Of a stretch of DNA of 64,000 nt, positions 12,352-24,610 are shown one piece after another (the first letter of the stretch is position 1; each line of letters starts with the position of its first letter). The notes beneath the pieces were generated by a model. That model saw nothing but the letters and a program-made list of their open reading frames with translations, was not told where the DNA came from and ran no database searches. The stretch is from Bugula neritina. Taxonomy: Eukaryota > Animalia > Bryozoa. The position numbers were made by a program, and so were the translations under genes. The DNA is taken from positions 4,868,741 to 4,932,740 of the forward strand of contig OZ037768.1 of the NCBI GenBank assembly GCA_964035545.1, in the 5' to 3' direction.

Positions 12352-13472
12352 GCATGTTTAGAGAGGTCAAATAATACTACTTGCAATTTTGCTGGATTTG
12401 CGGCAGTAATGCTCTCATAAGAGGAAATAACTCCGTATTACTGCGAGCCGTTGAAATTTTGCACAATAGAGATCAAATAATTGTTATGAAATGCAGAGTG
12501 AACTTTAGCCTTTTAATAAAATGTGGTGAATTAAAATTAACATTTTGTATTCTTTAGCAAAATATTACCAAGAAATTAAAACTATGATTTGCAAAGTTTG
12601 TCAATATAATTTATGTTTTTACAAATGCAAAGTGCTGCTTGTACACAGTTAAACGTATTATACTATTTAAAACCTTGTATTTATGATTGTATAATTATAT
12701 ATATTCAAATAACTCTTATTTAGTTTTGAAGCACAGCATATTTTACATGCAGATTACAAATACTGTCTACAAATTCTATAGCCAATTGACATTTTTATTA
12801 ATCCTTATTAGCTTTTCAGTGTCATGGGGCATTTTATTTCCAATAAGAATCAACCTGCATGTAACTAATGTGTTGAATTTTTTCTATGTTTTGTATATAT
12901 TATATTAAACATTTGAAAATCATAATACATTGTAGCCGCTTAATAAGTTAGTGCAAGACCCCACTGTAAGATAGTAGCATCAATAAATTAGGGCATAGAG
13001 CAATCAATGCATTCACTAAACATATATATGATTTACCTTTTGACAAAATTATAACAATTTTTCCAATGTTGGTAAACTTAATGAAAGTTTTATAACATAT
13101 TTTTATAACACTTTTATTTGACATCACTGTTATTCAAAATATTACATAATATACTGATAACATAGTATCTACAAAACTCTAAGCATAGTGACACGTTTGT
13201 TTTATGAATTACAATTATATAATATCAAATAATTCAATGCACAAATCGAGAAGCTTTGATCCAATATGCTAATTAGTTTCTCATTTTCTCACCTGTAACA
13301 GTTCTAATTATCAACATATAGGTTATGGTAGAATCAAAACTTCTCAATGAGATGCATATATAGCTATTGAGCAAATTTTTATATAATGGATGTAAGATCT
13401 TGAATGACTGCATGCTGTCTATTACATAATTGTTATTTACACCAAAAACCTTAAACAGATAAGCTTGGGAAA

Positions 13473-14830
13473 CTATTGGCCAATTGGTGGCAAAGGCCTG
13501 TGGGAATTCACTCGAGATCCAACATTCTCAAATCTAAAAGAAAATATTACATGACTACTGTTAATGGAGCTAGACGTACGACTTTTTTTCTCCTGCAATT
13601 TGTTTTCTGTGTGGTACAGTTATATATTATTATATGTATATATTAGATATTATGAGAAATTATGCTAAACTAATGTATGAGTAAAGTAAATTAATACATT
13701 GTAATTTTTTCGATCTCTTCATATTTTTACCAATTTTAAATTATTTATGTCTGCCAAATTAAAACTAAATGACATAGCTATAGCTTAAATGCGATCAAAA
13801 TTTGTAGACCCATGAAGTTCTATATTTAATTGAAACAAAATTATAATACGTTTACATATTTTTCATCGATCAATGCATAATTTAAATTTTGTCCAAACTT
13901 TACTTAGCATATACATACAAAAGTTCTCAAAGAAATACTTACTTAGAGAGTTTGAAAGGTGTTTTTACTTCGCTGGTGTGAGATACTGCCCGTCTGGAAG
14001 CATTGGCTGGCTGCGTTTGTCTTGATCTTAAGTCGTTCCATGTCATGTTTCGAGTTGCTGACTTGGAAGACTTGTTGACTTGTATACAATCACTCTCGGC
14101 AGCAATTCGTTCTGCATCTTTCACTATAATTATACTGTATTTCTTAACTAAACTGTATCATGTGAGAATGTAGCCTAAATTAGTTTTCTGCATGTAAAAC
14201 TTGACATGAGTTATCTTAAATATTAGGACAAGAATGTTGCATGTATCCTTGCATTACAATAATGTAACAGCTAACCCTGAGCAAACCACTTAAAAATAGT
14301 TCCCAAAATTCTTTTTTAAATTTTGGTGTATAATTATAGCTCTTCCCACTAGAATACAACAAGTCTTCACTTTGAATACCTGCTTGAATTTTATGATACC
14401 AGATGTCTCGAACCGGTTCCCACTCCTTGGCATAGCCATAAGCCAAAAGTTTGTTCATTGCTGGTCTTTCAGCACCATACATAGGGGGCCTGAAACATAG
14501 ATCAGTCATCAATGCAAACTTTATCATACTGAAAAAATTCTTTTAGTCGTATTTCTTATGTTCACAGTCATAACTGATCAATTATTGTAGTTCTTTGAAC
14601 TTAATTAAATAACATTATTAGGGGGTGTATATGATTTAGCTGCAGTTTTTGTGACATTTTAATGAAGAATACTTACACATCTGGATATCTGGACTTTTCT
14701 GATTCTTGGTTACGTCTAGATACCGGCTTTGTGTGAACACTACGTACTGGAGCTGTAGTGACTGGTTGTTGCACCGTTTGAGCTCTGGACACATGCTTAA
14801 TTTCAGGAGCACCTAGCAATTACATACTAA

Positions 14831-14898
<68 letters not shown>

Positions 14899-16241
14899 CT
14901 GCATAATTATATTTCTATAACAGTTAAGAGACACAAATATATCAGCTTGTTTTTACTATTCACATATATTTACCTGGTACTACTCGTCCCTTCTTCCAAT
15001 ATATGAGACCTTCTGGGTCATTCTTGTAATCATAGTCATCACCAAAAGGCTTGTGTTCATCATGCACCATATATTCAGGCAGCCGAAATTCCCATGGCCT
15101 GAAAACAGCATTAAAATTTATTTTGCAAGCATGCGTGGCATTGGCACTCAAATGAGTGTATAATATTGAACTGTTCTTTCGAATATGCTTATATATGTCA
15201 CTCACTTGCTTGACTCAGTCAATTCATCCTCTAGTTTATTGTCTTCTAGATAAAACCAGTCACTTCTGGGGTATGGCTTTGCCTCTGTTGACTTTGGTTT
15301 AGGATCTCTATGGCGCAACAAATCTTCTCGACCACCCATTTTGGCCATTCTTATATATTTTGTATCTGGAATAATAAGTAAAAAATAGACTGTGACATCC
15401 TAAATAAGACTGTTTATCTATAAATGGACAATGGTAATTTAAAAAAGAAACAAAGTTAGTAGTGTTGTAAATACTGACCTGTATCTCTAAACAATGGTTT
15501 TGGTGCATCATCAATTGGAATAGAAGAAAGATCATTAAGTCCGGGAATTTGTGATGCTAAAGGAATTCCAGCTGAAGCAGATTTACGAGGAGGCTCAGGG
15601 GCATGGTAAAACCAACCTACCAAAAGAAGCACACAGTTATTAAAACAAAAAATTGGTATGCTAACCAGTAAGTAATCAATGAATATTTTGTTTATAATAA
15701 ACTGTTTTGGTACTAGATTATTTAATCTATTTATTAAGTATATTTTGGTCATTTAGCACAGTCACATTGCTATAGTATATAGAAAGCTTGTAAGTATATT
15801 TCTGCAATAATATTCCTAATAAAATATTGTGTGAAACTAAAAGTAAATACATAAATGTTTAAATATTGAAACAAACTGTTTGGTGCATAAAACTACTTAT
15901 ACTGGTCTACAAATAAGCAACAAAAACTTTTTTTTATTAATGTAAGCAGAGCAAATCAAATTAAATAAGCACCTATTCTCATTACTTATTTGCAGATGCC
16001 GTACTACTTGACAATAAAACTATCAACTACACACTCATTTTGATTATTATTTTATAGTTGAAACAGTTAATAAATCATAAATGGGCTATTACATTCACAG
16101 TTTATTATAACTATACATGTAAGTATAACTGATAGTAATACTAATACTATTACTATTAGTATTACTATTAGTATTAGCCATAAGTACTATGAAGAATATT
16201 GTTTACTTGCCTATTTCAGAAAGCTTTTGATGAACAGCCAT
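13473..16241 (-). CDS. C7orf57: C7orf57-like uncharacterized protein (associated with ciliated cells in vertebrates), about 8 exons
   Basis: Motifs [40 protein letters not shown] and [13 protein letters not shown] parallel human C7orf57 (DWYYHVP, ASQIPGL, DSEYVKLAKQGGRPDLL, MPDYMVYEE, FSKLISNGYKDEW). Ends RPLPPIGQ*; internal 3' exon boundaries are less certain. Confidence 0.82.
14833..14896. repeat. (TA)n microsatellite
   Basis: Directly visible. Confidence 0.97.
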
Positions 16242-16470
16242 TTTCAAATTCAGTAAAAGAAATTTTTTTATTGAAATCTAAGAGTCAAGTGATGGTCATG
16301 TAGATAAATCATTCACAAATATACACCTAAATAATATTATTATTTAGGTGTAGTGAACACCGTTTATTTATTTGGGCGTACCTAGGCAACGAGCAATCGT
16401 TTTACGAGATAGATTTGAGACAATGCGGGGTTTTTCACATGTAACGACAACTCCGCACATCCTAAGTAAG
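16242..16470. promoter_or_regulatory. Bidirectional promoter C7orf57-like/JMJD4 with a 31-bp palindrome (16322-16352) and an RFX X-box-like motif (16377-16390)
   Basis: Divergent genes; locally CpG-richer; TACACCTAAATAAT-ATT-ATTATTTAGGTGTA; CGTACCTAGGCAAC; probable JMJD4 non-coding exon 1 donor GTAAG near 16466. Confidence 0.6.
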
Positions 16471-16579
16471 CATGCGAGTGCTGGATAGTAACAATAATAT
16501 TATTAAACCCCTCACAGCAGAACTCGTAAACGTATTGTTCTATACTGATACTCTATACTCTGTAGTCTATACGCACGTG

Positions 16580-18230
16580 GGTTTATAGTAATACTAATAC
16601 TTATAGTTATACTAATAGACAGACCCCTGGTGAAAAGATTGTTAAAAAACCTTAGGTAATATTAATATTATACTGTAGCACTAGCAGTAGCTGTGTTTAT
16701 TAGTTATTACATTTACTGTCAGTATCTATCTTCTCGCCCAGCCTCATGGAATAATTATTATCATAACTTAACAACTATGATAATTTATTAATTATAATAT
16801 TAATATAATCATAATCATTATCATGATCGTTGCAATTCTCAGAACTCAGACGGAGTTTAATTTACTTACACTTATAGTTATACTAAACTTATAGTTAACG
16901 TTATACTTTATTAACTTATAGTTACACTTTGACTTATACTACTTATAGACCATAGTAATACTAATACTAATAGTTATTGTAATTGTTATAGTTATAGTTA
17001 TTTAGCCACCTCACAACTACTACTAGTACTAGTACTACTACTACTAGTAGTAGTAATAGTACTAGTAGTGCTACTACGTCTACTGTACTACTAGTACTAG
17101 TACTACTACAGGACCTAGTAATCTGTAATGAAGTATCATATTCATGGTCATTGTGTGAGCTGTGTGTCTATTGATTTGACTTTTCATTATTAGTATTTCA
17201 GTTATTCATATCCATATTGATTATCATAACGTATTTCAATTTTTAAAACTCAATAGCCATTCACATACTCATAGTCATATTCATAGTGATAGTGAAACTG
17301 AAAAAGTCGAATATAAATATTTGATTTTATATACAAATTGAAATTTAAATACTGAAAGTAAAGTACTAAGAGTAACTGTAGCTCACTCACTGTAAATCTA
17401 ATACTATTGGTATTACTATTACTATTAGTAATTAATAATTATAATAATTTTATTACTATTAGTAATACTAATAATAAATATAATAGTAATAACTACAAGT
17501 AAATGGAATACTAATAGTAATAGTAATAGGCCTACTCATAGCTATAAGGTCAGAGGGATTATGATGGGCTCTTACTCAGTTATTTTGACCCTGACTTTTA
17601 TTTTGAAATACTGAAATAAAAACACACACTTAATTTAGTTCAAGCTTAAGTTTTTATAAACTAAGTTTATAACGTACAATGGCAATCTCAATAAGTATAA
17701 CTATTGGTCACTATTAGTATTCAGTATGATTATGAGTGTCACCATAAAAATCGATCTCAATGCACAATCATACTGATAATGATACTCATGCTTGTACTGA
17801 AATTTTAGTTGTACCAATGTCTTATATCTCAGCTATAGACTATAAACTATAGTCTATAAGTATTAGTATATTAATATTAATTATTTATCATTTTCATTTT
17901 GGTGCATGTAAGTTCTCCGTATCAAAAGACTAAAACTTTAATACAAGATAAGTTAAAGTTTACATTAATATTCAATATTCATATTGATAACTAGTTTTAT
18001 AGTCAATATTAATTTGATACTTTTAAAAATAATTGGAATAATTATGATAATTTAATATTAATTATAAGTATATGTATTAATCAATTTATTCATATAAATA
18101 TTGAATAAGACTTAAGACATTTAGTTTATGAATATTTCCATCAAAGTTTCATATGAAGCGAATTTGTAGTATAATAATAATTTATGTATTCACTATTACG
18201 TAACCTTATAGTTATTGTTTTATTCACATT
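16580..18230. repeat. Degenerate 6-bp-periodic tract, JMJD4 intron 1 (shorter tract 16108-16195 in C7orf57-like intron 1)
   Basis: For example ACTTATAGTTATACTAAACTTATAGTTAAC, CATACTCATAGTCATATTCATAGTGATAGTGAAACTGA and (ACT/AGT)n runs. Confidence 0.75.
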
Positions 18231-18329
18231 GAATTAATAGAATTAATGGAAACTTTATTTTAATTTAATTTATATATTTTTTTACTTTTAGAAAACTAAA
18301 CTCTTAACTAAAACACGCCAAACAATGAT

Positions 18330-21300
18330 ATGAATACAGATCACAGTCTTGATACCTTTTCAGCACCCTCACCCATTATACCAAGGTTTGGTCATAAGCT
18401 AGAACTTTAATTTTTTGATGTTGATTTAAAATTGTTAACTAAAATAGCAAACTCGTTCATCATTCTCTTTAACTTCGTTAAATTGGCATTATATGCTAAC
18501 ATTTTGTATTTTACCATTGGCATTAGTATTTCGTTGAGAAACTGAAAAAATCACTTACAGAAAAGGTAAATGAGATGAATAAAATGCATTATTTAGAATT
18601 TTGGTATGAGATGTAACCAGCGTTGATTATGTTGGTTACTGTCTAAGCTTATCACACTCCTTAAATTTTCATATCACCCATTGACCATGATAGCAAATAC
18701 AACTTTGAAAGGAACTGTTTATCTTCTTAATTCTCAATTTGTAATTAACCAGCTTAAATTTTAAAATTTAGTGCTGTAGAATTTTATCAATATAATCACT
18801 TATATTCAGCTGTACTTATATAAATTTTGAATGAATACACCAAATATCTTCTGCAACCTAACAATTTATATATCATTGACAAGCTTAAGGTTTACTATTG
18901 TTGAATTGAAGCAGACAGCTGTGGGTATCAGAATTTTTTTTCAAAACATGGAATTGCAACAGTGTTTTTGAATGCGTGACAATAGTTATTTCTTTTTTTT
19001 AAATCCGAATACTGTACTGAAAACTTTGTTGATAGAATCAGCAAAGTTTTTTTAATGAGACCACAAATTTTTAACAGCAGAAGACCTCATGCCAATTTTT
19101 TACTGTTATTGGGCTTACCTGGACTTTGGGGTATCCTTCAGAAGCTGTATATTATGCTTCGTTTCTAGAATTAAAGTATTCGGAAAAAGCCCTAGCCCAG
19201 AAGAGATACGCGACAACTACATAGCAAAAAATTTGCCTTTTATTCTTACTGGTGATGCTTGCCTTTTGGCCAACTCAACTTCTTGGAAAGTGTTTGATGA
19301 GTGGTTAGTTTGTTCGGAAAATGGGCAAGTTTCACAACTAGATGTTGAACACATTATTCGCCATTATGGTAAATACATTCATCGAGATTATCATTTATAT
19401 ACTTATTTACATTTCTTATCTTGTCTGTATTATGATAAATATGGCCTCCTGGAAACACTGTTGGTAGGAGAAGATGTGGTCCCAGTTGCTGATTGTAGCA
19501 AGCAGGAATATGGCACACATCCTAAAACTGAGATGAAGTTTGCAGAATTTCTTTCCCGGATGAGTGGTGGTGACTGCTGCTTGTATCTGAAGGATTATCA
19601 CTTTGTGAGGTAAAGATTAGCTCTGTGGTGTGCTGCAGATACATGAGTATATAAGTTAAATAGATAGATTGTGTTTGTAATATTTACAATATTTAAATAC
19701 TTCAGATGTAGGTCTCCTGACATTCCTTTTTGCCTTTCAGCTTTTATGTAGTCAACTCTAAGATAGTCATAATTTAGAATTTCTTACCCACAAAACTAAT
19801 CAATATTCAACTTCTGTGAAACTCACAAACTTTACATTATGAAGAGTTATCTTACCAACAGTATTTTTCTATGCGTGAGGGGAAAACTCCACAACTTTAG
19901 ACTTGCATTTGGTTGTATACTATTATTAACTTTCTCACTTCCTTGTTGAGAGTTTAAATCTGTGTTGAAGAGATGCAGTATGTGCCCCAACATTTCATAA
20001 ATATTATGGCAGATTAGCTAAACCAACTCAGTTGTGTTTATACAGTTACTTCATTACTATTAGTTTTGTATAAACTGAGGACATTTTAAATATGCTCTCT
20101 CACATGTTTTTATTCTAGTCATCACTTCAGGCTTCTTTTAAAAAGCCTTTCAATATATTACTTGTTTTATTGTTTAGCCTGTGTTGTAACAATACTTGTT
20201 TACTCCTTTTCTTGCCATTTCCTGTCAAAACATTCACCTTTTACCTTTGACAACTAGTCACCTACAATGCAGAATAATTACTCTTTGTCAATTATTTGTG
20301 TATGTAGATAAAAAATAAAATTCATATTTTGTGTAGTTGGCTGCCCAAAACAATTATGTGCTCCCATCTGCAGTTTCCTACTGCATTAAGTAATTTTAGT
20401 GTAGCAATACCATGACTCATCATACGCTTTAGATGATTAATTTTAGTTCCTAAATATCATGACTTGCATGTAAATTCTCTACGTATGTAGAATAGCACAC
20501 TTACTACACTCTATTGGGTAATGGCTTATTATTACTTAATCCTAACCATCACAGCCACATGACCTCAAACAACTCAGAGTTAGTAATATGACTAGCTGTT
20601 GAAAAACAATGTCACCATTGTTTATTACATGATAAGATGTTATCAATTGAATGATTTTCTGTCTGTTACTCTCATACTTTGTGCTAGTAAAACTTTCTAT
20701 ATTGTCTAACCATGCCAGTCTGTCCTGATTATGGCTTTAATTCTGCCTTTCAGAATAGACGCTGGGCTCTTACTAGTTTGCTAATGACAATTCCTTATTG
20801 GGATAATGAACTATTGATATTTATTGGAAAACTGTTAGAATATTAATACATCTATTTCATTATGTCAGTTTTAAGTTTCGTTTATACCTTCACGATTTTA
20901 GTCAAAAATTCAATTTGGCCGAGTTGAAATTGCATTGTAAAAGCCACTCGTAAAAACTTTTGTATTGTGATAACTTAGCCTAGGGCCACACGGTGCGTAT
21001 TTTCGCATGCGAAAATTGAAATCACAAGTAGCAAAGGTGTCCACTGTAGCGTCAGTGATGCGTGATAAATAAAGCTTTCATTTTTAAATCGCACTCGCTT
21101 TCAATAAAACGCAATTTACTGGAATGTAGCACTAAAATAAAGAAATTGGGCTCGCTGAATAACTACCAGCCAATTAGGTGATGACGACAGAGACGATTCG
21201 CACTTGCGTTGAAAATGCAGAGCGACACGTGCGAAGGTTTTCTTAACGCGCACAGTGGACACCTTTGCTACTTGTGATTTCAATTTTCGCATGCGAAAAT

Positions 21301-24300
21301 ACGCACCGTGTGGCCCTAGGCTTAATCGGCCGATTTCAGTCATATTATGATATACAGAGCCAGAGCCTAATACTGAACAGGTATATGCTAATACTCAAAC
21401 TGTGGAGCTGTAATGTGTGTGTGCAGCGCACACGCTCTCTCTCCAACACACACACACGCGCACACACATGCACCAAAATCCTGCACTCCACTACTGCATA
21501 ATATCATGATTACATTATTAAAAAGCAGACCAACAGATGTGTTTTTCAATCATTTTAGAATGCATGAAGATGTAAATCTCTACGAGACACCCGCCTACTT
21601 CACATCTGACTGGTTAAATGAATATTGTGTGGACAAGGGTAAGGATGACTACAGATTTGTCTACTTGGGTTCTACTGGTTCATGGTAAGCTCGTACTTCC
21701 TCTCTTAGGCTACTAGAACCTGTGTGCTGTTTGCTTGTTGCTGCATTATTACTAATAATATAGTTGAGTGATAGAGTTCAAAGAAGTAGCAATAAGCTGT
21801 ATGGTGATAAACTCAAGTGCCAGTTTGAGTATGGTAAAAGCTCAATGATGTATTAAAGCCTTGGTTCTCAGTACTTGCAGCTTGTTCAATATATAGTCTG
21901 TGTAGACTGGTAACAAGGTGTGTAGTTATAGAAACTAGTTTAATTACTCTCAGAGGATATCAAAGTTCAAATTTCAGTTGATATGACCATATGGGCTTGT
22001 CCTATATGGTTACCATCACTACATTTCTATGTTTAGAATGGATTTTTCATTCAATGCACGGAGACAGTGTCATAGAGTGAAACTGCAAATCCATTTGTAT
22101 GGTTCATTCAGAACAAAATATTTGATTAAATTGAAGGAAATTTTTGTCACGAAGACAGAGGTCAGCAGCAATTGTGGCTGCTAGTTGCATAGTTACAGGA
22201 TGTAAACATTTACTATAAGTTATGACCTGCTGATACTAATTATTGCATACTGCTTTAGCTAATAGCCAAGATATATATGAATAATATATTACTGTATGAA
22301 TGTAATGTGTCGGGATTCTTTGATTCGCGTAGGAGTGTTTTGGTTATTGTAATCAAAAATTGACAAAACTGAAAGATGATGCGCGATGTCACGTGTGCAC
22401 AGTATGTATGCAGCTATAGTAGTACTTCTTGGAGAGTCACTGAGTCATCAAGCTTGGCTCTTGCCAGTCTAATGACATCAAAGTGCCAAGTGTAATGCTG
22501 GTGCCGGCTGTGCTGGATACTTGGGAGCGGACAGCTTGCGTTGAAGCAGGAGAACAGCTGCCTCTAGAGTTCTAATAATTACCTTTATTTTATACGTTGC
22601 TAAATGGTGCTTCTTGCTGCCATATATGTTTATAAGTTCAGTGGTATGGCAATGATGTACTCCCTACTTTCTACTTCTACATTTCATTTAATTCTAGATA
22701 CTTTTATTTGTCAGTTCTGATTTGCTTTTGTGACTTGCTGGCAATAAGCTTTCTCATTAAACTGTTGTAGGACGTCATTCCATGCAGATGTGTTACATTC
22801 ATTCAGCTGGTCAGCCAACATTGTTGGGAAGAAGCGTTGGATTCTTTACCCTCCAGGTGCTGGCAATACTTGTACATGTATAACTGTACACGCTACACAG
22901 GCACTGGCGACACTAGCTGATAATTTTATTGAAAAATCACACAGTCTTCTCCCAATCTCTTATCTACTAATGGCAAATGTAAATAAACCGCCTTTGCTGG
23001 GTTGGAGATAAGGGTTGCTGTTAGAAAGCTAATATTTGCCAACACATGCTAGTAGTTGTTGCTAATACTTGCTGTTGTACTGCAGGCAAAGAGGAACTAA
23101 TGAGAGACCAGCTAGGGAATCTTCCATTTGATGTTACCATAGAGCCGTATACTCTACCAACTCATTCATCATATCCACACAGGGTTGAGGTGACACAGAG
23201 CTCTGGGGAGATTATATTTGTGCCTAGCGGCTGGCACCATCAAGTCCATAATTTGGTATATAATTATCTTGCATATCTTATGCGTCTAATGTAACCTATA
23301 TTTCAGTTACATATGTGGTTCTTCCTGATTATGTCAATTCTCATTCATTACGATTATAAATAATCCGTCAAGGTTGTGGGACCCACCCATAGCATTCAAT
23401 AACATCCCTAGTAGACCAGTTGTACTAAATGAAAGTGTGTTAAGCATTGTACGATATTTTGATTAGATGAAAAGAACTACATTATTCTTAAAAGTGTAGT
23501 CAGGTGCAATGATGATGAATATGAAGGGTTGAGAATTAAACAGTCAGTGCTTGTAGGCAACTTTTATGCTGGTGCCAGTATAACTTATGGTTCTGGCATA
23601 TTGTGGAAGTGGAATTTCTCCACTAGGACTACCCATTTGTCTCCCAGGTGAGGTTGCCACTATAATAATCACGTATTTGCAGGAAACAACGTTGTCAGTC
23701 AACCACAATTGGTTCAATGGCTGCAATGCAGAAAAGTGCTGGAAATACCTGAAGTATAATTTACAGCTTGTGGAAAAGGAGATTAGTGAATTTAAAGATA
23801 GCATGACTGACTGGGAAAGTCATTGTCAGGTTAGTTGTGTCAATGGACCCATAATGTGACATCCTGCTCAAAGGTGGTGGTTTCCACCCTACATTTTACA
23901 TCTCAAATTAGTTATACAGCATAAGGTTTCTTCTTAGAAATCCCAGCTAATTTAAAAGTAATTGTTCAGAAATTTGTGTTGGTGCAATGGTCAGTGCCCA
24001 ACTTTGGTGCATTAAATTATATTTACTATAAGTCATATATCCTTGGCAACCATATATGACTATTACCTAGCCATCTCTATCAACAAATATTCCATCTACA
24101 TATTGTAATTGCTTATAGTTAAAATATAAGGTTTATCATAACTGCTAATTTTTTATTCACGATTAGACTGATCATTGACTCACTTGTGGCTAATAATAAT
24201 CATTTACTCAAATATGCCTTTTTTTCTTGGCTAGGTTCTTCTCAGGGCTCACATGGGATTCCACTTTGAAGATTTTATTGAAATCTTAATCCACATAGCA

Positions 24301-24453
24301 AATAAAAGACTGGGTATGAACAAGCCACAAGTGTTTGATTTGGTGGCTCTTAGAGATATGTTTAGACAAATAGCTAATGTGACCAGTTCCCGGAGGGCGA
24401 CTATAGAAATTTTGATGAAAGAAATAAACAAAACATTACAATGTTTTGTATAA
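18330..24453 (+). CDS. JMJD4: 2-oxoglutarate/Fe(II) JmjC oxygenase JMJD4 (eRF1 lysyl hydroxylase family)
   Basis: VPVADC, LYLKDYHF, YFTSDWLNEY, DDYRFVYLG, SWTSFHADV..SFSWSANIVGKKRW, FVPSGWHHQVHNL, SVNHNWFNGCN. Start exon MNTDHSL... (18330) inferred from phase match. Confidence 0.93.
20978..21321. mobile_element. PIF/Harbinger (Tourist-like) MITE, 344 bp, perfect 70-bp TIRs
   Basis: 20978-21047 is the exact reverse complement of 21252-21321; TTA TSD on both sides. Confidence 0.9.
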
Positions 24454-24610
24454 ACTTTTATTTAAATACAAAAGACAAAAATATTTTTAATACAAAAAGT
24501 GCTATTAGAACAAAACAAAAATGAATATAAATGTAAAAATAATACAATAGTTGTCATAATAATTTTATCAACATCTTAAGAGAATAGATGGGCTTTGTTG
24601 ATTAGCAGGA

